Shown here piece after piece: positions 9,671 to 19,738 of a stretch of DNA of 64,000 bases. The stretch spans positions 10,826 through 74,825 of the forward strand of contig JACJWW010000010.1 in the NCBI GenBank assembly GCA_020636935.1, in the 5' to 3' direction. The notes beneath the pieces are model-generated. The model did not search any database and was not told the origin of the DNA. It saw nothing but the letters and a program-made list of their open reading frames with translations. The first letter of the stretch is position 1, and each line of letters opens with the position of its first letter. This DNA is from Nocardioidaceae bacterium (lineage in GTDB: Bacteria > Actinomycetota > Actinomycetes > Propionibacteriales > Nocardioidaceae). The translations under genes and the position numbers were made by a program.

Positions 9671-11157
9671 GGTGTTGCGGGGCTGAGGTGCTTGGGCGTC
9701 TCGAAGAACAACACCGCCACGAGACCAATCAGCATCACTCCAGCGCACAGCCACATCGAGGTCGCCATGGCGTTGGCGAATGGGTCCAGGATGGACTCGG
9801 GCAATTTGGCTACCTGCCCACTTGCATTGGCCTTGAAGTCGATGCCTGCGGCGCCGAGGCGATCATCCATGAGTACGGCGATCGCCGCGGACCCGACCAC
9901 TGCTCCGACCTGCCGGGTGGCGTTGTAGACGCCGGCGCCGGCGCCGGCCTGATGCAGGGGGAGGTTGCGATTGGCTGTCGTACTCGTTGGCGCCCACACG
10001 AAGGCAGACCCCAGGCCGAGCAGTGCGAGCGGGAGCACCAGTTGCCAGGTCTCGGCTTCTGGGGTCATCACCTGGATCTGCCAGATGAATGACATGGCCA
10101 CGGTGGCATAGCCAAAACCGGCTAGGAGCCGCGGATGGAAGCGGTCGGTCCACTTGCCGACTGGATTGGCCAAGACTGTGGAGACCAGGGCCATCGGAGC
10201 AAACAACAGGGCCGCCTCTGTGGGCGTCATCCCGCGCACGAGTTGGGCATAGAGCATGAACGGGAAGCCCAGCGCGGTGATCGCCAAGCTCATCGTGGAG
10301 ATGGCGACATTGGCGAGGCTGAAGTTGCGATCCTTGAACAAGCTCAGTGGCAGGAGTGGCTCGAGTGGGTTGCGGGACTGCCACACCAAGAAGACAGTCA
10401 GCAAGAGCAGGCCGAAGATGATCAGTCCCCAGACCGAGATCGGGCCAGCGATGGTGCCCCAGTCGTACTGGTGGCCCTCTTGGATGCCGAAGACCAGACA
10501 AAACAGGCCAGTGCCCGACAGCACCACGCCGAGCCAGTCGAGCTTGTGTGGATGAGTGCTCAGGTGGGGCACCAAGCGCATGGCCAGCACGAATCCGACC
10601 ACGCCAACTGGCACATTGATGAAGAAGATCCATTCCCAGCCCATGCTGTCGACGAGCACCCCACCCAGGATGGGCCCGACGAGAGTGGCCACACCTGCGG
10701 TGGCGCCCCACAGGGACATGGCGCGACCGCGTCGCTCGGCCGGGAAGATCCTGGTGATGATCGCCATTGTCTGCGGGGTCATCATCGAAGCGCCGAAGCC
10801 CTGGGCGACTCGGGCCAGGATCAACATCTCGATGGACTGGGTGAAGCCGCACCACAGTGACGCGAAGGTGAAGATGGTCAGGCCGAGCAGGTAGAGCCCA
10901 CGTTGCCCAAAATGGTCACCGAGCCTCCCGGTGATCAGGATCGGCACGGCATAGGCAAGCAGATAGGCACTGGTCACCCAGACAACGGAGTTGACGTCGG
11001 CGTGGAGGTCTTCGACTATCGCAGGCGTGGCCACGGTGACGATGGTCGAGTCGACTAGGATCATGAAGAAGCCAAGGCAAAGTGCAAACAACGCCGGCCA
11101 GGGATTGAGCTCGGTGCTCGTGGGCTCGCCTGAGCTGCTCGGGGAGGTGTGGGCCAT
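9667..11157 (-). CDS. DHA2 (EmrB/QacA) family MFS efflux transporter
   Basis: FMILVDSTIVTVA, GRLGDHFG, WEWIFFINVP; many TM segments. Confidence 0.92.
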   Translation of the reverse strand: MAHTSPSSSGEPTSTELNPWPALFALCLGFFMILVDSTIVTVATPAIVEDLHADVNSVVWVTSAYLLAYAVPILITGRLGDHFGQRGLYLLGLTIFTFASLWCGFTQSIEMLILARVAQGFGASMMTPQTMAIITRIFPAERRGRAMSLWGATAGVATLVGPILGGVLVDSMGWEWIFFINVPVGVVGFVLAMRLVPHLSTHPHKLDWLGVVLSGTGLFCLVFGIQEGHQYDWGTIAGPISVWGLIIFGLLLLTVFLVWQSRNPLEPLLPLSLFKDRNFSLANVAISTMSLAITALGFPFMLYAQLVRGMTPTEAALLFAPMALVSTVLANPVGKWTDRFHPRLLAGFGYATVAMSFIWQIQVMTPEAETWQLVLPLALLGLGSAFVWAPTSTTANRNLPLHQAGAGAGVYNATRQVGAVVGSAAIAVLMDDRLGAAGIDFKANASGQVAKLPESILDPFANAMATSMWLCAGVMLIGLVAVLFFETPKHLSPATP

Positions 11158-11265
11158 GGTGCAATGAAAGCACTGCCCTCGCCTTTTTGACCTAGCCCGG
11201 GTTGCGACTAGGCTGGCCGCAGCCTTAGTGAGACGTCAGACCCGCACCCGTTGAGGAGAGATCCA

Positions 11266-12297
11266 ATGCCTATTGCAACTCCTGAGAAGTACGCCGAGAT
11301 GCTCGACACCGCGAAGGCGAAGTCCTTTGCCTTCCCGGCGATCAATGTCACCTCTTCGCAGACGCTCAATGCGGCCCTGAAAGGCTTCGCCGATGCCGGC
11401 GCTGACGGCATCATCCAGGTCTCCACGGGTGGGGCTGAGTATTTCTCTGGGCAAGGGGTCAAGGAGATGGTGGCCGGCTCAGAAGCCTTCGCCGCGTTTG
11501 CCCGTGAGGTAGCCAAGAAATACCCGATCAACGTCGCGCTGCACACCGATCACTGCCCCAAGGACAAACTCGACACCTTCGTGAGGCCGCTGATTGACAT
11601 CTCGGCTGCTCGGGTCAAGCAGGGCCTCGAGCCGCTCTTCCAGTCGCACATGTGGGATGGCTCGGCGGTGCCCCTCGATGAAAACCTCCAGATCGCCCAG
11701 GAGCTCTTGGAGAAGTGCGCTGCGGCGCAGATCATCCTCGAGGTCGAGATCGGCGTGGTCGGCGGTGAAGAGGATGGCATCGTCGGCGCGATCGACGAGA
11801 AGCTCTACACCACCCCAGAAGACGCGCTGAAGACCATCGCGGCACTGGGCTTGGGGGAGAAGGGTCGCTACATGACTGCGCTGACCTTCGGCAATGTCCA
11901 CGGCGTCTACAAGCCAGGCAATGTCAAACTCCGTCCGGAGATCCTCAAGGCCGCCCAAGAGGCGATCGTGGCGCAGTACGGCGACTCCGCCGGGCAGCGG
12001 CCAATGGACCTCGTCTTCCACGGTGGCTCAGGCTCGACCGAGCAGGAGATCTCCGATGCGGTTGACTACGGCGTGGTGAAGATGAATGTCGACACCGACA
12101 CCCAATATGCCTTCACCCGCCCGGTGGCAGCACACATGTTCAACAACTACGACGGTGTGCTCAAGGTCGATGGCGAGGTCGGCAACAAGAAGGTCTACGA
12201 CCCGCGCTCATGGGGCAAGGCTGGCGAAAACGCGATGACCGCGCGGGTGATCGAGGCCTGCGAAAACCTCCGCAGCAGCGGGCACTCGGTCGGCTGA
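11266..12297 (+). CDS. fbaA: Class II fructose-bisphosphate aldolase
   Basis: MPIATPE, ALHTDHC, SHMWDGS, FGNVHGVYKPG, VFHGGSG. Confidence 0.96.
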   Translation: MPIATPEKYAEMLDTAKAKSFAFPAINVTSSQTLNAALKGFADAGADGIIQVSTGGAEYFSGQGVKEMVAGSEAFAAFAREVAKKYPINVALHTDHCPKDKLDTFVRPLIDISAARVKQGLEPLFQSHMWDGSAVPLDENLQIAQELLEKCAAAQIILEVEIGVVGGEEDGIVGAIDEKLYTTPEDALKTIAALGLGEKGRYMTALTFGNVHGVYKPGNVKLRPEILKAAQEAIVAQYGDSAGQRPMDLVFHGGSGSTEQEISDAVDYGVVKMNVDTDTQYAFTRPVAAHMFNNYDGVLKVDGEVGNKKVYDPRSWGKAGENAMTARVIEACENLRSSGHSVG

Positions 12298-12332
12298 GCT
12301 GGGGTCGGCTGAGCTGGGGTCGGCTTAGCTGG
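12288..12332. repeat. 3 x 15-bp tandem repeat whose first unit contains the fbaA stop
   Basis: ggtcggctgagctgg x2 then ggtcggcttagctgg. Confidence 0.9.
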
Positions 12333-12359
12333 CACTGCTTTGCGTGAGGCTCTGGGCTT

Positions 12360-13625
12360 TCAGCTGATGCCGTGTACGCCGGGGCCATTCGCCCCGGTCT
12401 CGGTGTTGGCCACGGTCGGTTTGCTGTAGCTGTCGCCGCACTGCCATGAGTCCCAGCTCTCGCGGGCATAGGTGACGAAGTCGCTGTTGATATAGCGGGT
12501 GGTGTCACCGGCGTACAGATAGCCACGCCACATGAAGGCAACCCAAGCGCCGGTCTTGAGGAAGCCGTCGTTGTTGTTGATGTGATCGGAATTCATCCCG
12601 CCGTAGTAGCGCTTCTTGCCCGAGTCGATGCCGGTGGCATCCCAGCCCCCGGCGGTGTAGGTCTTGGTGCCGCTTTGGTTGTTTGATTGTTTGAACTCCG
12701 CCCAGACGCCGGTGGATGGATTCTTGCGCATCACCACGAAGCGATAGATCGAGTAGGTGCCACCCCAATCCTGGCGGCCATCCTCTTCTGCAGTCGGCCA
12801 ACCGAAGTCGAAGACTCCATAGGGCCCTGGTAGGGCACCGCCCCAGACATCCAGTGAAGTGCGACATACTTTGCGGGCGGGTGCTTCGGGCGCGGTGATG
12901 GGTGGCGCAGTCACGGTGTAGTTGACCTTGGGGAAGGTGCCGCCAAACACCGTCTGCCAAGTGGCCTTGGTCGGGGAGCGCAAGCGTGCCTTGGCGCGCA
13001 GCCCGACATGGCGCCCGGCGCTGGCCAGGACGAGATCACGACGGCCGGCGTAGGTGCTCAGATCGAACTTCGACTGAACCCTCGGGCAGATCACCTTGGT
13101 GCCACCCGGAGCCACAATGCCATTGCTGATCGGTGTATAGCCGCGTGTGGTGCTGTAGGTGTTGCTGGCTGACAGGTTGCCCACGGCGTTGCTCCCAAAG
13201 GTCCAGGCCGCCGGGCTTTCGATGCCCGTGGTGCAGTCTGCGCTGCTCGAGCTGGTGCGCACATCGACCAATGAGTCGGCAAACAGGCGACTGTCGCTGG
13301 TGGCAGCTGTGGCGCTGGAGTCGCTTGCGTTTTTCATCAAGAAGGCATCGAAGGAAAAGATGTCGGTGTTGCCGTTGAGCCGGTCTGAGGTGAGGCCGAT
13401 CTTGAGTCCTGGGGTGCTGGTGGCGGGGTTGAGGTCGCTGTCGCCCACGTGCAGGGTCGGATTGACGGAGACGTCGGAGACAGTTTGCTCAAACTTTGAG
13501 CTACGCGTCGCCGGAGGCGTGTAGCTGTCGGCCTTGCTCCAACCCGCGCGCGTGGGCTGAGTGGCGGTCAACCCGATGCCCGCAAGGAGGGCCACCAGAG
13601 CCAGTCCTGAAGCGAGCTTGTGCAT
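12360..13625 (-). CDS. Secreted protein with SipW-type signal peptide (putative tip/minor fibre subunit)
   Basis: Hydrophobic leader ending TRA|GWS, like TFA|YWS of its neighbours; Ser/Thr/Trp-rich; last gene of the sipW operon. Confidence 0.6.
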   Translation of the reverse strand: MHKLASGLALVALLAGIGLTATQPTRAGWSKADSYTPPATRSSKFEQTVSDVSVNPTLHVGDSDLNPATSTPGLKIGLTSDRLNGNTDIFSFDAFLMKNASDSSATAATSDSRLFADSLVDVRTSSSSADCTTGIESPAAWTFGSNAVGNLSASNTYSTTRGYTPISNGIVAPGGTKVICPRVQSKFDLSTYAGRRDLVLASAGRHVGLRAKARLRSPTKATWQTVFGGTFPKVNYTVTAPPITAPEAPARKVCRTSLDVWGGALPGPYGVFDFGWPTAEEDGRQDWGGTYSIYRFVVMRKNPSTGVWAEFKQSNNQSGTKTYTAGGWDATGIDSGKKRYYGGMNSDHINNNDGFLKTGAWVAFMWRGYLYAGDTTRYINSDFVTYARESWDSWQCGDSYSKPTVANTETGANGPGVHGIS

Positions 13626-14434
13626 TATTCAATCCTGCCTTGCCAGGTGGTTGAAGGTGAGTGAAATGTCCGACATTGTGGCTGGTCTGCTTCGGACTCC
13701 TCCTCACGACGGTTGCCGGCCAAGACGATCAACCCGACGTAGATGAGCAGGGCACTCAGGCACAGGATGGTTGCGGTGCTGTACAGGCCGAGTGGGGCAC
13801 CCGTTTGAGGCAAAGGCCGATGTGCAGAGGAGTGGTGTGGCTGTTTTGCGGGCGGCCGTGGTTTGGTAGCGGGCCCGGTTTCGACCAGGGGTGGGCTCAC
13901 GCAGGTGCCGTCCTGTGCCGGCGCATTGACCTCGGACCCACGCACGGCCATCGGGATCTCGATCCGCTGCAGCCGCATCGCATTGGTTGCTGACCAGGGG
14001 AGGGCTACGGTCGCGGTGATCTGTCGCTTGCCGCCCTTGGTGACCGCTTGAGTCAAGATATTGATGCAGGCGTCACCCAGGTTTGCTTGCGCACTCGCCA
14101 GCAGCTTCCCGGACTCGTCGAGGTCGTCCACGATCAGTTTGAGTTGGGCAGATTCATTTGGCACATGGACATCGGGATCGGCTAGGGTGATATCAGCCAA
14201 GATCTGGAAGTACGCCGTGCTCTCACTGGAGTTGCGCACCCAGAAGGAGTCGGTGATTGTGTCACCTGGCACGATCCGACCGGCTGCAGGGAAGAGCAGC
14301 GGAGGGTCCGGGCTCCAAGTCATCCCATCGGCGGAGAAGAGCACGCGTTCGGCAGCTTGCGCCGTGGCTGGGAGCCCTACCGTGACCATCCAGATGAGCA
14401 GGCCGAAAATGGTGGCGAAGGGTAGGCGCCTCAT
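13625..14434 (-). CDS. LPXTG cell-wall-anchored protein with TasA-like IVPGD motif
   Basis: ATG 14434 overlaps the sipW stop; Sec signal ending AQA; RIVPGDTITDSFWVRN; Pro-rich linker; LPQTG plus hydrophobic segment plus RR. Confidence 0.75.
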   Translation of the reverse strand: MRRLPFATIFGLLIWMVTVGLPATAQAAERVLFSADGMTWSPDPPLLFPAAGRIVPGDTITDSFWVRNSSESTAYFQILADITLADPDVHVPNESAQLKLIVDDLDESGKLLASAQANLGDACINILTQAVTKGGKRQITATVALPWSATNAMRLQRIEIPMAVRGSEVNAPAQDGTCVSPPLVETGPATKPRPPAKQPHHSSAHRPLPQTGAPLGLYSTATILCLSALLIYVGLIVLAGNRREEESEADQPQCRTFHSPSTTWQGRIE

Positions 14435-15042
14435 GGTCGTCTCGCCGACTTTGGCCTGCGCCGGCCTGGTCGCGGAGCGCCGATGAGTTGCCATCCGGCG
14501 TACCCGAAGAGTGCGCAGGCCGCGATCCAGATGCCAGTGTCCTTCTGCTCCTGCGGCAGCGCAGTGGCGGCGTAGCCGACATAGGGCACCCAATATTTGA
14601 CCTGGCCCCTGACCTGCTTTGACGTGAGCTCCCAAGGGTCCTCCGCATTGTTGGCGTCGCCCTTGGTGCGCAGGCGCACGGTGCCATTGGGGTCGGTCGT
14701 CTTGGCCACAATCCGGTGGGTGACGGTCATCCCGGAGTCGGGCTTGGGGAGGAAGGTGATGATCTGACCTGGCTCAAGCCTGGCCAAGTCAGTGTTGCCA
14801 TGCACCCGCTCGACCACCACCTGACTGCCGATCGGGATGGTTGGCGTCATTGAGCCGGTGAGCACAGTCAGCGGCACCCACCCCAATACCTTTGGTACGA
14901 CGATCACGGCCACCAGCGCCACCGCCACCACGCTGACCAAGGCCCAAGTGATCCACGTGCCCGCTGTGCGCAAGTGCCCGCGAGACACCTGGGCGTGTGT
15001 GCCCGGTGCCTGCTGCGGCGTGCTTGCGGTCAACGTGGGCAT
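14431..15042 (-). CDS. sipW: Signal peptidase I, SipW/ER-type
   Basis: VLTGSMTP (Ser), VTHRIV (His), TKGDANNAEDP. Confidence 0.9.
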   Translation of the reverse strand: MPTLTASTPQQAPGTHAQVSRGHLRTAGTWITWALVSVVAVALVAVIVVPKVLGWVPLTVLTGSMTPTIPIGSQVVVERVHGNTDLARLEPGQIITFLPKPDSGMTVTHRIVAKTTDPNGTVRLRTKGDANNAEDPWELTSKQVRGQVKYWVPYVGYAATALPQEQKDTGIWIAACALFGYAGWQLIGAPRPGRRRPKSARRP

Positions 15043-15059
15043 GAGGAGTCCGGCTCCAA

Positions 15060-15782
15060 TCAGGTCTGGGACAAGGTCAGGTCGAAGGCTCCGAAGGTGA
15101 TGGCCTTGTTGGTCAATCTGGCCAGCAAGTCAGCGCCTGCGTCATCGGGCGGCACGGCCATGGTCCAGGTGACTTGGTAGCTGCCGCTCCCGTCGGCGCT
15201 GCTGACAGGCAGCGTCAACACCCAACCAGTGCCACTCGTTATCGCGGTGGTCGAGTTGTCGGGTTTGGTCACCGACGCTGAGATGGTGGCGGCGCAGGCG
15301 TAGGAGTTGCTCTGATCACCGGGGCAGGCGCCGCCCGTGTTGGGGAGCACCTCCGAGAGATCAACCATGAGATCTCCTTGAAGGTTGTCTCCGGAGGCGG
15401 TCACGGCTATTTGTCGCGTGATCGTCAACTTGTCGCCCGGCACCAACCTCTCGGTGCCCAAGGTGGCGGTCACCTTGCGACATTCGGTGTACGGCGCCGT
15501 TGTGGCACAGGTCGTGCCAGAGACAAAACTGCGTTGCCCGACGGTGATCTGGCTGTGTAGTTCGATGCTCGTTGTGCCACCACTGATATTGAGAGCACCA
15601 GCGGTGAGATTGCCGGTGCCGATTGCATTGGTGGTGCCCCAGAGGGCGAGAGTGTCCAATCCTCCGGTCAGCAAGAAGACTCCAAGGGTTGCGGCAACCA
15701 ATGGCTTCCACAACCTCCGCAACAGTTTGTCTCCCGGTGCTGTTGCCCCGGTGGGGGTACGGCATGGATGGCTCCTCTTCAT
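15060..15782 (-). CDS. SipW-dependent exported protein, TasA/camelysin-like (RER_14450-type), minor subunit
   Basis: TLA|LW leader, LTAGALNI strand, RLVPGDKL, C-terminal FDLTLSQ. Confidence 0.75.
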   Translation of the reverse strand: MKRSHPCRTPTGATAPGDKLLRRLWKPLVAATLGVFLLTGGLDTLALWGTTNAIGTGNLTAGALNISGGTTSIELHSQITVGQRSFVSGTTCATTAPYTECRKVTATLGTERLVPGDKLTITRQIAVTASGDNLQGDLMVDLSEVLPNTGGACPGDQSNSYACAATISASVTKPDNSTTAITSGTGWVLTLPVSSADGSGSYQVTWTMAVPPDDAGADLLARLTNKAITFGAFDLTLSQT

Positions 15783-15811
15783 CGGGTCCTCGTCTCAGGA
15801 TTTGCCCAGCC

Positions 15812-15848
15812 CGCGTGATCCGGTCGGGATCGCCGACCGGATCACGCG
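15812..15848 (-). terminator. Perfect 16-bp stem-loop after first gene of sipW operon
   Basis: cgcgtgatccggtcgg-gatcg-ccgaccggatcacgcg. Confidence 0.75.
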
Positions 15849-15854
15849 ACTGAA

Positions 15855-16436
15855 TCAGGGCACCTGGACCAGGTTGAGCTTGAAGTCGGTCAAGCTGGCC
15901 GTGGTGGTGACGCCATCTTGATTGGCGACGCTCGAGGGCAGTTGCAATGCGACGATCGCCGTCTTGGCGTTGCCGCTGTCGGCCTCGGTCAGCCCAGTGG
16001 GGCTACCCGAAATGCCAGCTGCCACGGTGATCCACTTGGTCAGGTCTGTGCCCGATCCGGTGGCTGGCAGGGTGGCGGTCAGGTCGGCCTTGATGTTGTC
16101 GCCGACCAAGGTCGGGGTGGCGGTGGCGACGTACTTGAGCTTGTCGCCGGGCACGATCCGGAAGGCAGTGATGTCGATGATCTGGCTGCATCCGCTCAGA
16201 CCGACCGGTGAGGTGGTGGTGTCGGTGGCAGCCGAGGTGCCATTGGCAGTGCAGTCATACCAAGCGTCCCCCGACACAGCCAAAGACAAGTTGCCCGCGG
16301 TGATGTCGCCGCTGCCCACATTGGTCGACTGCGACCAGTAGGCGAAGGTGCCGCCGACGCCAGTCAACAAGGCCAGGCCAAGGCCCGCGGCGATCGCGCC
16401 CCTTTTTGCATGGGACTTCTTCGGTGTTGCGTTCAT
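15855..16436 (-). CDS. SipW-dependent exported protein, TasA/camelysin-like (RER_14450-type), probable major subunit
   Basis: KRGAIAAGLGLALLTGVGGTFA|YWS, ITAGNLSL, RIVPGDKL, C-terminal FKLNLVQ. Confidence 0.82.
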   Translation of the reverse strand: MNATPKKSHAKRGAIAAGLGLALLTGVGGTFAYWSQSTNVGSGDITAGNLSLAVSGDAWYDCTANGTSAATDTTTSPVGLSGCSQIIDITAFRIVPGDKLKYVATATPTLVGDNIKADLTATLPATGSGTDLTKWITVAAGISGSPTGLTEADSGNAKTAIVALQLPSSVANQDGVTTTASLTDFKLNLVQVP

Positions 16437-16568
16437 CAGGGTTCTCCTCAGGAATCAGACCGACGATGGCCGGCTCTATCCATTATGAGGTTATAAGTCC
16501 GTTTTCATACAAAAAAGTGAGATTTGCTATGGAAAATCTGTTCTCGGCGCCTGCGTAGGATGTGGGCC

Positions 16569-16979
16569 ATGACTAACCCACAAGACCTCTTGGCTGGCCC
16601 TCCCGCGACCCTGCTTCCACCTGATCCGGCAGCTGCAGACCTGGCGCATCAGCCAACCAAGACGGTCGTGGCGGCCCATCCCGAGTCGCCACTTGCCTGG
16701 GCGGTGCTGGCCGAGGAGGCCTTCGTTGAGGGTGCTGAAGATGTCACGGTCTATGCCTATGCCCGAGTCGGCTATCACCGTGGCCTTGATGTCTTGCGTC
16801 GCAATGGCTGGAAGGGGCACGGGCCGGTGCCGTGGAGTCATGAGCCCAACCGAGGCTTCCTGCGTGCACTCTCTGCCCTGTCCAGAGCGGCAGGCCGGAT
16901 CGGTGAGACCGAGGAGCAAGAGCGTTGTCGCTCCTTCCTGCGCGACTGCAGTGAGACTGCCTTCGAAGAGTTGCTCTAG
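16569..16979 (+). CDS. DUF3151 family protein
   Basis: YAYARVGYHRGLDVLRRNGWKGHGPVPWSHEPNRGFLR. Confidence 0.88.
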   Translation: MTNPQDLLAGPPATLLPPDPAAADLAHQPTKTVVAAHPESPLAWAVLAEEAFVEGAEDVTVYAYARVGYHRGLDVLRRNGWKGHGPVPWSHEPNRGFLRALSALSRAAGRIGETEEQERCRSFLRDCSETAFEELL

Positions 16980-17052
16980 CTGGCCTCCCGATGCGTCGGC
17001 CTGCCCCGTGAAATGGGCTGCGTCCCGTCGATTTGCTAACGTACGGCCGTAA

Positions 17053-18420
<1,368 letters not shown>

Positions 18421-18460
18421 CCCCAGCAACCCACTCACCACAGAAACGAGGGTGTAGGCC

Positions 18461-19738
18461 ATGAAGACGCTCGTGATCGGCTCGGGGGGCCGCGAACACG
18501 CACTCGCGCTGGCGCTGTCACGCGATCCGTCGGTGACGCAGGTGCACTGCGCTCCGGGCAACCCCGGCATGGCGGACATCGCCACCCTGCATCAGGTGGA
18601 CGCCTCGGATGGCACGGCAGTCGCTGAACTTGCCACGACTGTGGGCATCGACCTGGTCGTGATCGGCCCCGAAGCACCTCTCGTAGCAGGTGTCGCCGAT
18701 GCCGTACGGGCCGCGGGCATCTCCTGTTTTGGGCCGTCCAAGGAGGCGGCGCAACTGGAAGGATCGAAGGCCTTCGCCAAGGAGGTGATGGCTGCGGCAG
18801 GCGTGCCCACGGCGCAGGCGCGGGTCTGTCGTACGCCGGATGAGGCGCGCGCAGCGCTGGACACCTTCGGGGCCCCATATGTCGTCAAGGACGATGGGTT
18901 GGCCGCGGGCAAGGGTGTTGTGGTCACCTCCGACCGTGCACTTGCGCTGGCCCATGCGGCCTCGTGCGAGCAGGTCTTGATCGAGGAATTCCTCGACGGG
19001 CCCGAGGTGTCGCTCTTCGCGGTCACCGACGGTGTGACCGTCTATCCCATGCAGCCGGCACAAGACTTCAAGCGCATCAGTGATGACGATCAGGGGCCAA
19101 ACACGGGCGGCATGGGTGCCTACACGCCATTGCCGTGGGCGCCCTATGACCTGATCGATGAAGTCCTCGGCACCGTGTTGCAGCCCACGGTCGACGAGAT
19201 GGCCCGGCGGGGCACGCCCTTCCAGGGTCTGTTGTACGCCGGTCTGGCCCTCACCTCGAATGGCGTGCGGGTGGTGGAGTTCAACGCTCGCTTCGGCGAC
19301 CCGGAGACCCAGCCATTGATGGCGCTGCTCGACTCGCCTCTGGGTGAGCTGCTCAAGGCGGCTGCCGACTCTCGTCTGCATGAGGTCTCTGCGCCCCGTT
19401 GGCACCCGGGAGCCGCTGTTGCGGTGGTGTTGGCCAGCAAGGGATATCCCGAGGGCTCGAGCAAGGGTGATGTGATCACCGGGGTCAGTGATGTCATTGA
19501 CGCCGATGTGATCCACGCCGGTACCGCCCTCAGCGAAGGCCAACTGGTCACAGCTGGTGGGCGAGTACTGGCCGTGACCGCCTTCGGTGAAGACCTCAAC
19601 CAAGCCCGTGAGCGGGCCTATCGCGGGGTTGAGGCCATCAACTTCGAGGGCGCCCAGTGGCGCACGGATATCGCCAAGCTTGCGGCGAGTGCAACTACAG
19701 ATCAGAGCGCTGCTCGGGAAGCAGAAGGACCATCATGA
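18461..19738 (+). CDS. purD: Phosphoribosylamine-glycine ligase
   Basis: IGSGGREHAL, GLAAGKGV, NTGGMGAY, EFNARFGDPE. Confidence 0.97.
   Translation: MKTLVIGSGGREHALALALSRDPSVTQVHCAPGNPGMADIATLHQVDASDGTAVAELATTVGIDLVVIGPEAPLVAGVADAVRAAGISCFGPSKEAAQLEGSKAFAKEVMAAAGVPTAQARVCRTPDEARAALDTFGAPYVVKDDGLAAGKGVVVTSDRALALAHAASCEQVLIEEFLDGPEVSLFAVTDGVTVYPMQPAQDFKRISDDDQGPNTGGMGAYTPLPWAPYDLIDEVLGTVLQPTVDEMARRGTPFQGLLYAGLALTSNGVRVVEFNARFGDPETQPLMALLDSPLGELLKAAADSRLHEVSAPRWHPGAAVAVVLASKGYPEGSSKGDVITGVSDVIDADVIHAGTALSEGQLVTAGGRVLAVTAFGEDLNQARERAYRGVEAINFEGAQWRTDIAKLAASATTDQSAAREAEGPS

Noticed and set aside
14435-14635. 336-aa version of the LPXTG protein
   Set aside because: It would overlap sipW by 200 bp; ATG 14434 gives a clean signal peptide and ATGA coupling
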